Below, one piece after another: positions 63,873 to 64,000 of a stretch of 64,000 nucleotides of DNA. This DNA is from Octopus sinensis (lineage: Eukaryota). The first letter of the stretch is position 1. Each line of letters starts with the position of its first letter. The stretch is taken from assembly GCF_006345805.1 (NCBI RefSeq), contig NC_042997.1, positions 64,108,001-64,172,000 on the forward strand. Reading direction: 5' to 3'. The notes beneath the pieces were generated by a model, which did not search any database, was not told where the DNA came from, and was given only the letters and a program-made list of their open reading frames with translations. Made by a program: the position numbers and the translations under genes.

Positions 63873-64000
63873 GCTGGTCCTGATGGTTTCCCAGCAATCT
63901 TTCTCAAATTGTGTAAGCATGCCCTAGCAAAACACCGCAATATTCTCTTCCAGAGCTTTCTTACAAATTGCAAACTGCCACGGAAGCTGAAGGAGGGAAT
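63873..64000 (+). mobile_element. LINE (CR1/L2/Jockey-like) pre-RT fragment running off the window
   Basis: AGPDGFPAIFLKLCKHALAK..NILFQSFL..CKLP..LKEG matches the conserved GPDG pre-RT motif. Confidence 0.75.

Noticed and set aside
68-63973. Dozens of ORFs rich in IY/YI, CV/VC, HT, YLSI or homopolymer runs
   Set aside because: They are translations of (TA)n, (TG)n, (TATC)n and trinucleotide microsatellites, which lack stops in some frames.
1-64000. Fanzor/TnpB, CRISPR arrays, rRNA or intact tRNA genes
   Set aside because: No RuvC-like ORF and no repeat-spacer array were seen. All tRNA-like segments are SINE-type heads without full cloverleafs.

Overview
AT-rich, microsatellite-dense eukaryotic genomic DNA. 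The repeat families look like those of Octopus (inference from recall, not a database search). The only host gene supported is the 5' part of a multi-exon nicotinic acetylcholine receptor (Cys-loop) subunit on the minus strand. It has three coding exons (42585-42633, 22409-22551, 675-719) separated by ~20.0 kb and ~21.7 kb introns; exon 4 onward lies left of the window. Spliced, they give MEFWASITLTIFSLCLPSSSADDVELSLVNRLLKNYDKRVRPSLNSSEAINVTFGVALAQIIDVDERNQILTTNCWLNQ. The rest is transposon debris: decayed mariner and maT-like transposases, three or more tRNA-derived SINE families, an internally deleted Tx1/L1-like LINE, a CR1/L2-like RT fragment, a MITE, and Penelope-like elements (PLEs) of three apparent types (Naiad-, Neptune- and Poseidon-like), each with its own hammerhead-ribozyme motif. 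Most notable observations: (i) a tRNA-like Pol III head inside the 3' UTR of a Poseidon-type PLE, upstream of a minimal hammerhead, seen at two loci; (ii) a Naiad-type PLE with 1.18-kb inverted arms and a long-stem-II hammerhead in nAChR intron 2; (iii) repeated fold-back palindromes at (TA)n tracts; (iv) two short duplications apparently copied from one ~500-bp source at 59.55-60.07 kb. Most ORFs in the supplied track are microsatellite artefacts.
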